Assembly: GCA_013265495.1 (NCBI GenBank)
Contig: MU057651.1
Coordinates: forward strand, 1,313,674-1,377,673
Source: Vicugna vicugna
Lineage: Eukaryota
Length of the DNA: 64,000 nucleotides
Direction of reading: 5' to 3'
In this document: piece after piece, positions 50,882 through 63,370 of the stretch
Position numbering within the stretch: the first letter of the stretch is position 1
Layout of the letters: every line of letters begins with the position of its first letter
The notes under the pieces: generated by a model
The model's database searches: none
Seen by the model: the letters and a program-made list of their open reading frames with translations, nothing else
What the model was told of the DNA's origin: nothing
Program-made: the position numbers and the translations under genes

Positions 50882-50887
50882 TTTATT
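50882..50887 (-). terminator. Probable TMEM164 polyadenylation signal (AATAAA on - strand)
   Basis: TTTATT on +. A GU-rich downstream element on - (GGTGTTTTTGTTGTT, ~50824-50838) lies at the expected distance. Confidence 0.7.
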
Positions 50888-52187
50888 TCCAAAGAGGTGA
50901 ACAAACTGGTGGGGGCACAGAGCACCCAGGAACCAGCTTGGCAAAAATACTCATCCTGCAGCTGCTGAGGGGGATTACAAAGACTGGTTTAAAGGGAGCT
51001 GCTGTCGGGGCGGGTGACAGGGAGGGTCTGCCCAGGACCCACCAAGCCCACCTTGGGAACGAGCAAGGACTGGGGCGAGGGGCGCGAAGAAGGAACTGCC
51101 CATTTCCTGGCAGAAAGAATTACAAATCAGGCTATCTTATTCTGTCTACCACAGTAACACCAACATAAATGAAGAATTCTTTCAAGTAGAATACAAAACA
51201 GACACCGAAAGAAAGCAGGTTTCCAAAACAACAGCTTGGCTTGAAATGACTTTTCTGTTTTGTTTGTTTTGTGCCACGAGTAGCAAACCAGTGTACGAAA
51301 GTGTCACAAGAGCAACAGCAAGCGACTAGGTTTTCCTGAGCACAAGTGGCTCACTGTATATACAGAAGAGGGAAGGCTGGCTCCCTCTCACGGACCCTAC
51401 CTGGCTCCCAGAGGGCGGGGCAAGGTGTGCAGTGAGGAAGCTACTTCCCAGTCCTCTGGGGCCCTGCCAAGGAGTGTGCGAAGGCCTGTGGGACACCTCC
51501 CTTCCACAGGCTCCCAATTTACTAAAACCAGCCATGGCGTCTTGTCCTGCAATGCCACACCAGCCCTTCTCCGCTCACCCACCTCCCCATCTCGTCTCCC
51601 ATCTCCCCTTCAGATGACTCAGGATCAGGATCAAAGGCTACAAATCCAAGGAAGTGCTTTTGGCCAAGGGAAGGAGAGGGAGGGGGAGGAAGGGTCTTCC
51701 GCCAGCCTGGCCCCAACACCAGCACGTGTGGAGACGGACTGACAACCTGCGACCTGCGGGCAGCTGTGCCCACTCCACACAACACTGAACTCGCAATGAG
51801 CAAAACCAGCAAGACCCCTGATGGAGGCTGCGGCCAAAGGGATGATCTGAGAGAAAGACTTGAGCTACCGGATAGGTGAGTGCCCCAACCGCCCCACACA
51901 TCCTGACTCCCCTGCCAGCAGCTTCTGTGAATGCTGAGAAGTCCCAGGAGAAAGAGAGAAGGTTGACTTAGGGAGACTGAGCCTGTGGCTTCCTTGCAGA
52001 CCGACAGAGGAACACTCATTGGGCCTCCAAGAAGAAAATGGGTCAGATCATCTTTGGTGTACAGAACCCAATATCTAGGGTAGATGAGGGGCTGCAAGCA
52101 GGTAATTCTGACCTGAGGCCACAAGTTGGCCAGCTGAATAGACTCTTCTCACCGGCCCAGATCCTTAGCCAACGCGACCTGGGAGCT

Positions 52188-52385
52188 GGAGGGAATACAC
52201 TTTTCCCTTTCCACGGCTGTTTTAAAAGAAACTGTCCACTTCTACAGATGCTCAGACACACACAGAGTTCCAACACGCTGGCAAACGGAGGGAATACACT
52301 TTTCCCTTTCCACGGCTGTTTTAAAAGAAACTGTCCACTTCTAGAGATGCTCAGACACACACAGAGTTCCAACACGCTGGCAAAC
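52188..52385. repeat. 99 bp tandem duplication (2 copies, 1 mismatch)
   Basis: Units 52188-52286 and 52287-52385 differ only at C52245/G52344. Confidence 0.97.
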
Positions 52386-55016
52386 GGCATATGGGAACTT
52401 GGCCAGGCTGGCTGGGGAACCTCCTTGGCATCAGCAGGAAAGCTCCAGGGAGGCACTGGTAAGCCCAGACCCACCACTGCGGGGGCCATCCTGCAAGACA
52501 GGCTGCCGTGGGTCTGGCCATGTTACCTCTCTACATGGGCTCGGCCCAAGAGTCAGGTACAGACCAGTGCAGACGCTTGCTGCTCCCCAACACCTCAATA
52601 CCGGCCTGACTCCCGGGGGAGCCTGGGGATGGGGGCCCCCCTCGGGGCCTTCCCCCTACATGTTGCTGAGCCAACCTGGGGCCCAGAAGCCCTGCACTTC
52701 CCTTTGCCCCAGACAGGTGCATCTGTCTCTGGCCTGGCCAAGCCAGGCATGTGGCTTCCATTTTCTCCCTTTCTTTCAAGCAGCAGCAAAGTGCCTGCCA
52801 GCATGGGGTACAGGGCTGCAGCCAGGGCAAAGGCGAGCTTTTAGAGGCATGCCAGTGCGAGGAGAGCTCGGGTTGATTGGTATCCTGCACCAGGACACGG
52901 AGAGGGGGTAAGAGAGAGCCCTTTGCAGCGGAGATGTCCCTCCCAGGCTGCTGGCCCCAGCTGAGGCAAAGACTCTGCATCCTGGCTGGGTACAGACCCC
53001 AGGAGTTCCTCCAGTGATCTCCTTCCAACCTATCTTTTGGTCAAGAGGCCAAGGGGTGCTGAGGCCTTGTGCATTTCCTCTTAAGCCACGCCTACATGCA
53101 GCCAGTGGGCGGGGCAAACCCAGCCACACCAGAGGTGCCTCTTCAAGCAAGCGACCCTGGGATGAGAGGCACTAAGAAAAACTCGGCCAGATCCTCAAAG
53201 ATGGCAGAAAATACAGTGTATTATGAGTCACGAGAAGCTCACAGGGAGCCAAAGCACTCCAGGTTCCCCCTCCTGCAACCCCACACCCTGGGAATTGATT
53301 GATGGCCCTGCCATGGTTGCTTTCCTGGGCCTCGCCCTTGCTAGGAAAGACTCCTCCATTCTGCTGCCTCCTGTAGGTCCACCTGTCAAAATCATGACCA
53401 CTGAGCCAGTGAAACTCACTCTAGGTCTGGTACAAAAACACCTGAAATACTGAATGGGCCCAGGACAACTGGGTTGTCTAGAGTGGGAGAGGGGAGGGAG
53501 GCCCATCAGAGGAGGTCACAGAACTACTTCTTCTGTTCTTAAGAAATCTAAGTAAGAGCCAACAAGGAGTCACCAAATGCCCAGCCACTGCCTCCCTTCT
53601 TTAGGTTCATGGATGATTCAGGCTGTCTTGCAACAAAAGGTCTTCCTTTCAGAGCACTTCAACCTCCACCTGTGGGGACCTGATTCCTTGGTACCTCTCT
53701 TTCAACCTAGACATAGCCTTTGGGGGTGGGCAAGGTGGGAGCCTGTGATGGCCCCCACACTAAACAACACAGTGCTGAGTCTGGAAGCAGAGATGACATC
53801 TGGCCCTAGGGAAACAACACAGCAAGATCAGTATCATCCCAAATCCAAGATGCTGATCCTGTAAAATGGGATGAAATGGATCAACAGGAGTCCCTCCAGA
53901 AGGACCTAATGCAAGGATTCTCCAAAATCAAATATCCAAAAACAAATGAATAAACAGATAAACAAAATCCCAAAAGCCAAAAACAAACAAACAAAAAACA
54001 ACCAAAAAGAAAAAAAAAACCAACTCTAGCTCATCCTTCCCTGAAGCTGCCTTTAAAAAAAGAGTAAGAAAGAGAGAAACTTCAAGGGGCACTCAAAATT
54101 AAAATGGCATCTATTATCAACATTAAACTAAAAGCAAGCATATAATTCAAATCACAGTTTTCTCAAGTTACCACTTCAGTTGATTAATTTCTACGCTCAC
54201 TTCTGATCGGGATATGGGTCAGTTCTCAGCTCTCACAAGCAGAATTTACCAAAAGTCCTGCTTAGTGTTGGCTGTGGACATTTCAACCTGGTTCACTTTC
54301 GGATTCACCATCCCGACAACTCTCCATCCTCCTGGGTGGAATCTAGCCCCTGGGCTGGGTAGCGCCCCCACCTCCCAGCACTGGCAGTATCCTGGATGGA
54401 GTGGCTGGTTGGCTACTTGCTTTGAGTCATGGGACACCAGTGGGAAGAATCTGGCCAGTTCTACTTTGGCCACGAGCTGGGAAATCCCTTGGCTCTCAGC
54501 TTGCCGCTGGTATAGAAACAAGGCCTCAGTCCCCTTAGGGTGGGGGCTGTGCTGGAGACAAAAGGGGACCCCAGCAGAGGTCCCTGGCAGTGGAGAAACG
54601 AAACACACCCCATCTCATCACTTCGATGCCCAAAGGACTACTGCTTGTGTTCCCTTTCTCCTCAACCGGCTGCTGGTAAAGCACCAACAAGCAGAGTGAA
54701 AGCCACTGACTACCCATGTAAGGCCACTAGGAGCAGGGAGAGAGCCAAAGGGGAGGAGGACACGTCCAGCCATCAGCCTGACACCCCAGGTGCCGGAAGC
54801 TGTCCTGGGGGAAGAGCTGGGGAAGGAAAGGTAGTGGAAGAAAGGGACAGAGAGGAGGGAAAAAGAAATACACCAAATACCCTACTGCCCTCTCCCATGA
54901 TTTCATCAAGAACTGGGTGTCCTCCAAGTCAAATCAGGACTTGTTTCCTCAGGGATAAAGGAAAAAAAGAAAGAAGAAACCCCAAAACAAAACAAAACAA
55001 AAACACACAAGCACCT

Positions 55017-55253
<237 letters not shown>

Positions 55254-55494
55254 TCACCATCCTTAGGCTTCCTCTGGCTTCTGCCAGTTCAGCCGTGTCT
55301 ACCTAGTGGGGACTAGACAAGGAGGGATTGACAAATCCCCACCTGTTCATAGTTGGGGGTTTTCTCCCCCTAGGTTTTCTGAGTGGGTCAAGGCTAGAGC
55401 CCTTTGGAGGTGATGGGGAAGGCCATCCAGCTGAAAAGCTGCTTCGTTCTGCTCAGCCTTGCCTTCTGGTTGGGCCCAGAGCCCGCTGCCGTCC

Positions 55495-55810
55495 CTAAGC
55501 ATTTACTATGTGCCTAGTCCCGTGAGAGGTACTATGGGATAAAAGAGCAGTCAGCAGCAAGGTCCCTGCCTCTGTGTAACTAGTGACCAGTCAGGATGGA
55601 GTCATCGGTCTACAACATGTGACCTCAAGGCAGACGGTGCTCACCGGGTCTTCCCCACCATGAGATCCGAGGCATGTACGGAATGGGGACTGAGTCCTCA
55701 GAGAAGATTTCACAAGGGAAGTGACACCTGAATGGACTTATGAAGGATGGATGGGGGTCATGAAAAGGAATGGAGCGAACAGAGCCTTCCTTGTAGGAGG
55801 CGTGGCCTGA
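55495..55810 (-). mobile_element. L2 3' fragment
   Basis: ctaagcatttactatgtgcctag...ggaagtgacacctgaatggacttatgaaggatgg. Confidence 0.55.
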
Positions 55811-56874
55811 GCCAGGCCCAGAGGTGAGACTGAGGATGGAATGTATGGTGACATGAGGACACTGACTCCTCTGAGATCAAGGAGTCCCCATGGAGAGCAG
55901 GAGTGATGGTGAGGGCGTGAAGGTCATACTGCTTCCTCCCTAGAGCACAGGAAGCATTCACGCTATTGACAAGGAGCTCCAACTCCCTCCCAGGCCAGTC
56001 CGAGCAGAGCAACATGCCAGGTCAGGGAAGAGAAAACGACTACTTCTCCAAAGGCGCTGCTGACATCAGTTACACGCCCGAGTCCGGCTAGGTCCCGCGA
56101 GGCTCCGCATGGCTAGTGCTCCAGGAATGCCGCTTGCACACCAACCCAGACGTGCCACTCCCGCCCGAGGACGGGCACGGTCCCACCATCCAAAGCCCTT
56201 CAAGCCCATTCAGGCTAAAGACAAGTCCTCACCACCTCTCAGGGAGGCGGGGGGTTTTCTACCGTGTCACAGCGGGGCAGAGAGCTCTCTGTCCTCAAGG
56301 ATGAGGTGACTCACCCAGAGCAGTGGCAAAGCCAGGACTTGAACCTGGGTCTCCAGACCCCCAGCTCCTGCTACTCCCTTTGCCACCAAGAGACACGCCC
56401 ATGCACTCAGCAATCTCGGGCTGTGGATAACTCGACTACTGAGTCCAGCCATCAAGCACACTCCAGGCAGGTATGAACATCCCAGAATGTCACGGGGTCC
56501 CCAACACCACACTTACATCGGCCACACGACTCAGGGCCTGGCAGCAGACCCATAAAGGACCCAAGGTCAGAAGCTTCCCCCCAGGCCCAGGGCCAGGGTT
56601 AGGATCCTGCCTCCCCACGGGGTCCACAGCAAACTGCTTTCCCAGGCAGCTCACTATTTCCGATCCAAGTGGCCACAAGGGAAGGGCCTCCTTGCCTCCC
56701 CAGGGATGAAAGAAACAGTCATTACTGGAGGATTCAGAAAACTCTCTGAAGAGGCCAAGGCTGTGGATCGTAAATCAGCAACCCAGACACAACAATCTGA
56801 CAGCCTGGCCTTTGGCATCTTGTATTTTCAAAACAAAACGATACACCAGCGCCAACCAGGATTATCAAGATTTA

Positions 56875-57120
<246 letters not shown>

Positions 57121-57280
57121 CTAATCACCCGCTTCTGCTGCCCCGCCACGGCGGCTCAAAGAGACAGTCGCGCTGATTAGCTGGGTACTCCTATACCCCT
57201 TCCCAACCTCCGCTCTGCCATGTGATGCTGGGGCCATTACAAAGGCAGGATTTTTTTACACTGTTATTGTAAATGTAACA

Positions 57281-57475
57281 CAGTTGGCCCTCTGCATCAG
57301 TGGATCTCACGTGCCCAGATTCAACCAACCACACTGGTGCTTGGTTGGTTGAATCTGTAGATGCAAAATCCATGGATTGAATGGCTGACTATACGGCACT
57401 AGAGCATCATCTGTGGATTTTGGTATCGTAAGGGTCCTGGAACCAGTCCCCCTCAGATACTGCGGGACACGACTG
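57281..57475 (-). mobile_element. MER2/Tigger2-like TcMar-Tigger MITE
   Basis: Termini cagttggccctc and gggacacgactg(TA). Interior gtggattttggtatc...gggtcctggaacca is MER2-like, with an internal palindrome. Confidence 0.75.
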
Positions 57476-57744
57476 TACATGCCTACTAAAGGAAATCTAG
57501 AAAATGTTAAAAAGTAGAAATGAGATGGAAAACAAGATGAACACCCCCACCAGCACTCTACTAGCTGAATGTGACCACTGCTAACACGTGGGTGTCTCTC
57601 CTTGGCTGCTTTCCCTAGGCCTTAGGAGTTTCTTTCCTTTCTCCCTTTGATTGCTAACTGGAATCTTACTGTAGGCATAACTGTGTATCCTTCGTTTCCA
57701 CACTTACATTTCCTCATGTTTCCAAAGAGAAAGGTCACTAAGGA

Positions 57745-57990
57745 AGCATGGCGTGGGGGCTGAGAATGTTAACTCTGATGTCAGACAGATTTGGTTTCAC
57801 ACCTGGATTCTACCACTTACTGGCTGTGTGACCCTGGAAAAGTTGTTTCAACTCCCTGAACCTCAGTTTACTTGTCTGTAAAATGGGGCTACTTCTTAGA
57901 GTTTTTGTGAGGAGTAAAGGAAAGAATATACTGAGAGCTCTTAGTATGCAATCTGGTACAAAGTGTTCACTGTGTGCCAGGTACTGTCAT
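57745..57990 (+). mobile_element. MIR
   Basis: ctaccacttactggctgtgtgacc...cctcagtttacttgtctgtaaaatgggg. Confidence 0.8.
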
Positions 57991-58299
57991 TACCACATCA
58001 TTATTAATATTTAAACAACTAAAGAATGTGCTATATTCAATTGCTGTGCCACTTCCCAACCGTGAGACAACTCTCTCCCCCTGGAACAAGAATGACATAT
58101 TTTCCCTCGATTGTCACTCAGAACTACCATCCCAGGAGGCCTGGATGTATTCTAGACCTTGCAGAGCAGAGGTATGGCTGACAGGATGCTGTGGGAGATT
58201 GTGTCCTATAATGGGGGTGCTCCAGAACGAAAGGAACCTCCACCCCAGACAAGCAGGTGGCAACATAACATCTTGGAGTAGGATTTTCCCAAGTCAGTC

Positions 58300-59620
58300 T
58301 TTTGCCAATTCATCCATTCATTCACCAGTTACCCCTAGGTACCTATTATATTCTGAGCCCTGGGCCATGCTTTAGGGACAGGAACATAAAGAAGACAGGC
58401 TTCCTGTAGCCTCAGAACCACAACTGGTGGGGAAGGCAGACAAGTCAGGCAACAATGAGAATCCCGTATGATGGTCACAATGACCGAGGTCTGCACCACA
58501 TAAATTTGGGAGGACAGAACTCAGCTTGGGGAAGGGGGTGGGGTGGGGATAAGGACCGCTTCTTGGTGGAGGGGGCACAGAGCAGAGTGAAGGACAAACA
58601 TCACTAAAAGAGGGACCTAAGCATTCCAGAGCAGCAACCTACACCAAGGCAGACAGCTGAGGGAGCAAGACAATTCAGAGAACTACGGGAAAGAGTCGGG
58701 AGTACAGGGGACAGGGTGATGAGGTAGTGAGCAGGAGTAAGACTCAGAGGTTGGTAGCGCTGGTCCACTCCAAGCTGGGCCACGTAGGACCTCTGGAGCC
58801 ACACTGAGGGCTCTGGGCTTCATCTCACGCCGTGGGGTCATGACCCTAAACGCCTCAAGTCTCAGGCAGGTAACTGGGAGCAGGGGAGGGACCAGGGACT
58901 ATGAGGTATAAGGGATGCAGGAGACTGGCCAACTGGAAAGCCCAAGCCCCTTCTGAAGAGGGCAGCCACCACTCCGCTTCACCCCATCACTGCCCGATGG
59001 GGACGTGGGCCCAGCATTGCCAGTGTTTTCACTTTTGCAAGAGAAGCCAGAAGTAGGAACTTTCATATGGAATTTCCTGATTTTTAAATGTTGGCAAATA
59101 GTTCAAAATGTTTTAAAAATGCTCAATGGATCAAACAAAACATGTCTTCTTGGAAGGATTTCAGTCCATGGGTGGCCAGCTTTGAGCTCTGCTGCAGAGC
59201 CGCACAAAGCAGCAGCAGGTCTGAAGCAGGAGCGATAGGATCGGATGTGGGCGGGGGAGGGGCTGGGGCAGACAGTGTCCAGGCGCAGAGGCGGGCAGAC
59301 CCTGCAGGAAGGAGGGGGAGAGGATAAGTGGCTTTGAAGATCAGAGCAGTGGGGCTGGAGGAGAGTGGATGGAAAAATGACCAGGATGTGAATGTTGGGA
59401 AGGGAGGATAAGGAAAGATCCAGGAAGACCCCCCAGGGTTCCAGTTGGGCCATCATTGGGTTGATGGTGCCATTTATTGCAATGGAGAAGAGAGGAAAAA
59501 GCAGATTTGGGATAGAAGGTAGAGAAATGAGGTCGATTTTAGACATGTTGAAATCAATGTGTCTGTGAATTACCCAAATGGAAGTGTCTCTTAGGTGGCC
59601 GGATACACTCTGGGAAATAC
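58300..59620 (-). mobile_element. L2 fragment interrupted by a MER102-like element
   Basis: attcatccattcattca start, then ttgatggtgccatttattgcaatggagaag and gattttagacatgttgaa. Confidence 0.65.
58830..59191 (+). mobile_element. MER102-like hAT-Charlie DNA transposon remnant
   Basis: caagagaagccagaa...gatttttaaatgttggcaa...caaacaaaaca...ggccagctttgagctctg resembles the MER102 consensus as I recall it. Confidence 0.7.
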
Positions 59621-59649
59621 AGCATGACAGGTGACAGTGTGGGCACTGA

Positions 59650-59830
59650 GCCAGGCAGACACAGGTTTGCAAATCCTGGCTCTTGTCACTTATCGACTTC
59701 AGGGCCTTGGGCAAGCCTTAGTTATCTCCTGAACTCAGTGTCACTCATCTACAAAATGGGGTACCACTGCCTACTTCACAAGGTTGCCAAGTAGATAAGA
59801 TCATTCAAGTCATGATTGTAATGTCACACC
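59650..59830 (+). mobile_element. MIR
   Basis: caaatcctggctcttgtcactta...ccttgggcaag...ctcatctacaaaatgggg. Confidence 0.75.
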
Positions 59831-61254
59831 TGGGACTTAACACATGCTGATTATTTTCATTAGTACATAAATCACAAAGTCAGTGAAAAGGATGGGGCTG
59901 AACATCCAGATGTAGGTGTCATAGCGCAGAACAGGACCCGAAGTCACAGGAACACATGGAGACCGAGTGAGCAGAACATGGCGGGGCGAGTGCAGAGGGG
60001 AGGAGAGGAGAGAGATGGGGTGACTGAAGCCCGCCGGCTCTTCTTGGGGAGAGGCCAGGCTTGCTATGGAACAAGAGGCAGGCTCACAGTACATCAGGGT
60101 TAGAAGGCCCTTGGTGGGTACTGGACTCATCCCTCCATTTTGTAGATGGACAAACCGAGGCTGGGAGATGGGCAGCACTGAAGTTGAAGTCCCAACAGCA
60201 GAGCCCCGGGCTCTCGGACGTTGCCAAGGGATTCACTGATCAACGTCCTCATTGCCACTTGTCCAGACCTCCATCACACCAAGTTGTACCATCTCTTTCC
60301 TTGTCTGTCCACCTGTCTAGATGAGCGTCTTGGGGTAGAGGACCGAGTGGGATTCATCTGTTTTCCTAGCATCTAGACAGTGCTGGGCAGGCACTGACAC
60401 TGTGCACTTTCCTGTCTGCTGAATGAGTGGGAACTGGGCACCATGTTGTCACCCTGGCTGCAAGGGACATTATGGGGGAAGAGGGAACCTGGAGGACCAA
60501 CATGTACTTAGAGCCCTGAGCTGGTTTCCCCAGGTGTCCCATCCCTCCAGCCTCTGCTTGGCTCCCCGCGGTAGCAGCTGGGCAGCAGTGACAGGGCCTG
60601 GTGGTGCCTGCAGGGAAAGGACGGGAGGGGAAGTGTGTTCAGTTGGGCTTCAGCAACCCTCCCTTGCTCTAAAGCCCCTGACCCTTTCCCACACTGTGAT
60701 ATGGGGGAAAGGAATGCTCAGACACTGGCTTGGACACTGCCAGGGGTCACGTTTCTCAGCGCTCTCACTGCCTGGAGTCCAAACCCCAGCTTCAGTTCCA
60801 TTCATTCTGTGTTGCATCATCTGTCTCACATAAGACTATCAGTTCTCTGAGGGAGGGGCCATTTCTGAATCACCTCCCCACCTCCAGCCCCTGGCACGCA
60901 GCAGGTACTCAAATGATCAATGCTGCCTGGGAAACAAGTGGCACAGACTTTCTGGAGCATCTGTAAGACTCTAAATCTTTGGCTCAACAATGCTCCTTTG
61001 AGGACTACCGGTGAATGCCTCAAACATACAACAAACAGCCCTTATTTGCACAAAGATACTCACACCTGCACCACCTATAACATTGGAACACTGGAAACTG
61101 ACTGGGGAGACAAGTAACTCAGGTACCTCAATATTATGCAATAGTCTGCTGCCATTCAAATCACAACCAGACCAGCTACATACCTGTGTGCAAAGTCCCT
61201 TGTGCACAATGGCAAGTGTAAGTGACAGAACACCAAACGGTCCGTCGAAGATGG

Positions 61255-61490
61255 AAATTATAGCTTAGTGGTTTAAAACAAAGGGCTTGGGGTCTTTACA
61301 GCCTTGGGTTTGAATCCTGCCTCTGCCACTGCCTACAGGGGTGACCTGGGCCAAAGCGCTGTGCTGACCCTCTAAGCCTGTTTTCCTGCAGGTAGACTGG
61401 AGGGAGCAACGTATCTCTTGGGGCTGCCAAGTGAAAGAAGAGATATAAAAAAGTAAATACAGCAGCTAGCCTGGCACACAGGTGGTGGCT
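61255..61490 (+). mobile_element. MIR
   Basis: gcttagtggtttaa...ttgggtttgaatcctgcctctgccact...gtgacctgggc. Confidence 0.7.
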
Positions 61491-62194
61491 ATTTTTATCA
61501 TGGCAACCACAGCCACCCCAAATCTCACAAAAGCCTGCAAGAAGACTGGGAATCTTGTAAAGAGGTGATTTTTTTTCTTCGAGGGGGAACTATCACTGTG
61601 ATTTCCTCTGCCTTTTCACTGCTCTTGGTACTTTTCATTGGAAAGGTGATCAAATATTCAATTTCTTTGAAAAATAAAAGGGAAAAAAAAAAAGAAAGCA
61701 CCGTGTGGATAGATGACCCAGTCTACCTAGATGTATGCAAATTGTATGCAAGTGCACATCACTCTTTTTTTATATATACCTGGATGTGGCCCTTGGGATA
61801 ATCTCAGTGAAAAACCAGTTTTCTTTTAAAGGAAAATAGAAACTTAAGCACTTTCAGAAAAATTAAACACATAAAACTTTTTTTTTTTTACTTTAAGAAA
61901 AAATAAATGTGACACTTTCTGCCAGTATCTTCTATCCCAGGAGGATAGAAGCTTTTCAGCTCTAAAGGTAGGGGGAAACCGAGATAATAGCTTTTTCTGA
62001 AATCAATTTTTGCCACAAGGAAGCTCACAAAGCTGGGAGAGAAGTCAATTGCACCACCAGCAGCCAAAACCTATCCCCAGGGGCCTCTCCCAAGGGCTCT
62101 TTCTTGCATCCTCTAATCCCACCCAGGTAGGACTTACACCAAGGTGCTGAGACTGAGCAGGGTGGCATCTTATTCTCTAATCTTTTTCCCACTT

Positions 62195-63170
62195 CCTTCA
62201 ACTCATTCACTTCTGCATGTGATCCATTCAGTCCACACTGATAAGGTGCACACTGGGTGCCAGATTCCATGCTAGGAAGTGGGGATATGGAGGCAAAGAC
62301 GGACCCTGCCCTTCAGAAGTCCCCTGTAGCTGACATGTGAGCAATGAGATGATGGAATAAGGGAAGCACGCTAAGTCATGGGGATGCCAAGGAAGGGGAG
62401 CTGGAGAAGATGACAGCTGCGATGAGGTTTGATGAAAAGGGAGGAGATGGGAAAGGAGCTTAAAGGGAGGAAAGGATGTGCTGGGCAGTACAGTCTAAGA
62501 AGAGGTGTGGAGGCATGAAACAGCATGCCGTTTGCATGTAATCCCAAGCAGGTCTGTGTTACTGGAGCATCAAGTGGGAGGGGACATGTGTCAAGAGAGG
62601 AAGCCAGAGAGACAGGCAGGTGGGGTCAGGTCATGAAGAGCCTTGTCTGCCGTGCCTGGAACTCGGCCTTTAGCTGATACAGAGCGAGAAGGCTTTGAGA
62701 GGTTTGAAACAGGAGAGTGCAAGGTCGAGTATATGTTTCAGCTAGCTGGGCTGCTTTGGCGGTGGTGTGGATGGTGGATGGGAGAAGGACAAGACTGAAG
62801 ACCAATTCAGATGCTGCTGCAGAGATTGATGACTTGGCAATTCATCTGACATGAAGCAGGCATCGAGGGGGACTCCCAGCCAGGTCTCCGACTTCAGTAA
62901 CTGAGACGAGTTGAGTCAAGGGAGAGAGGAGTTCAAGTTGGGGGCACGCTGACACTGAATGCCTATGGATACCTGGGCGGACTTCTCCGATCGGCTGGGG
63001 ATGTTCAGGTCTAGCGTTCAGGAGTGAGAGATGTCCCAGAAACAGAGCTTGGGGTCTGGATAAGATCGACAAGGAAGGGCCCACAGAATGAGATTAAATG
63101 ACCAAGGACAGGTCCTGGAAAACAGCAGTTGCCAGGAGAGAGGTGACCCACGAGAAGACAGGACTGAATA
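62195..63170 (-). mobile_element. L2 fragment
   Basis: ttcaactcattcac...gtgccagattccatgctagg; gggtcaggtcatgaagagccttgtctgcc; ggtctagcgttcaggagtgagag. Confidence 0.7.
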
Positions 63171-63179
63171 CAAGATGAA

Positions 63180-63370
63180 AAACTGCCATGAGCCACACAT
63201 GGCAATTTACATTTAAATGAAATTAAAATGAAATACAATTAGAAATGTGGCTCCTCAGTAGCATCAGTCACATTTCGAGTGCTGGATAACCACATGCGTC
63301 TAGTGGCTACCATACTAGACAGTGCTGAGACAGAACACCCCCATCATCACAGAAAATTCCACTGGGAACA
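63180..63370 (-). mobile_element. MER3-like hAT-Charlie DNA transposon remnant
   Basis: agccacacatggc...aattaaaatgaaat...cacatttcgagtgct...tagtggctaccatactagacagtgc...catcatcacagaaa. Confidence 0.8.

Larger units (their letters stand above)
50860..55016 (-). other. TMEM164: TMEM164 3'UTR (distal end approximate)
   Basis: Lies downstream of the TGA on the - strand. Poor in interspersed repeats, with U-rich tracts (A-rich on +, 53930-54020 and 54960-55010) and a Pumilio-type UGUAUAUA at 51357-51364. Ends at an AATAAA. Confidence 0.7.

Noticed and set aside
52038..52844. 268 aa ORF with a 33 aa internal repeat (longest in the track)
   Set aside because: Antisense to the TMEM164 3'UTR in GC-rich sequence and lengthened by the 99 bp duplication. 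No recognisable domain.
59103..59714. 203 aa ORF on the - strand
   Set aside because: Spans MIR, L2 and MER102-like remnants; a chance open frame.
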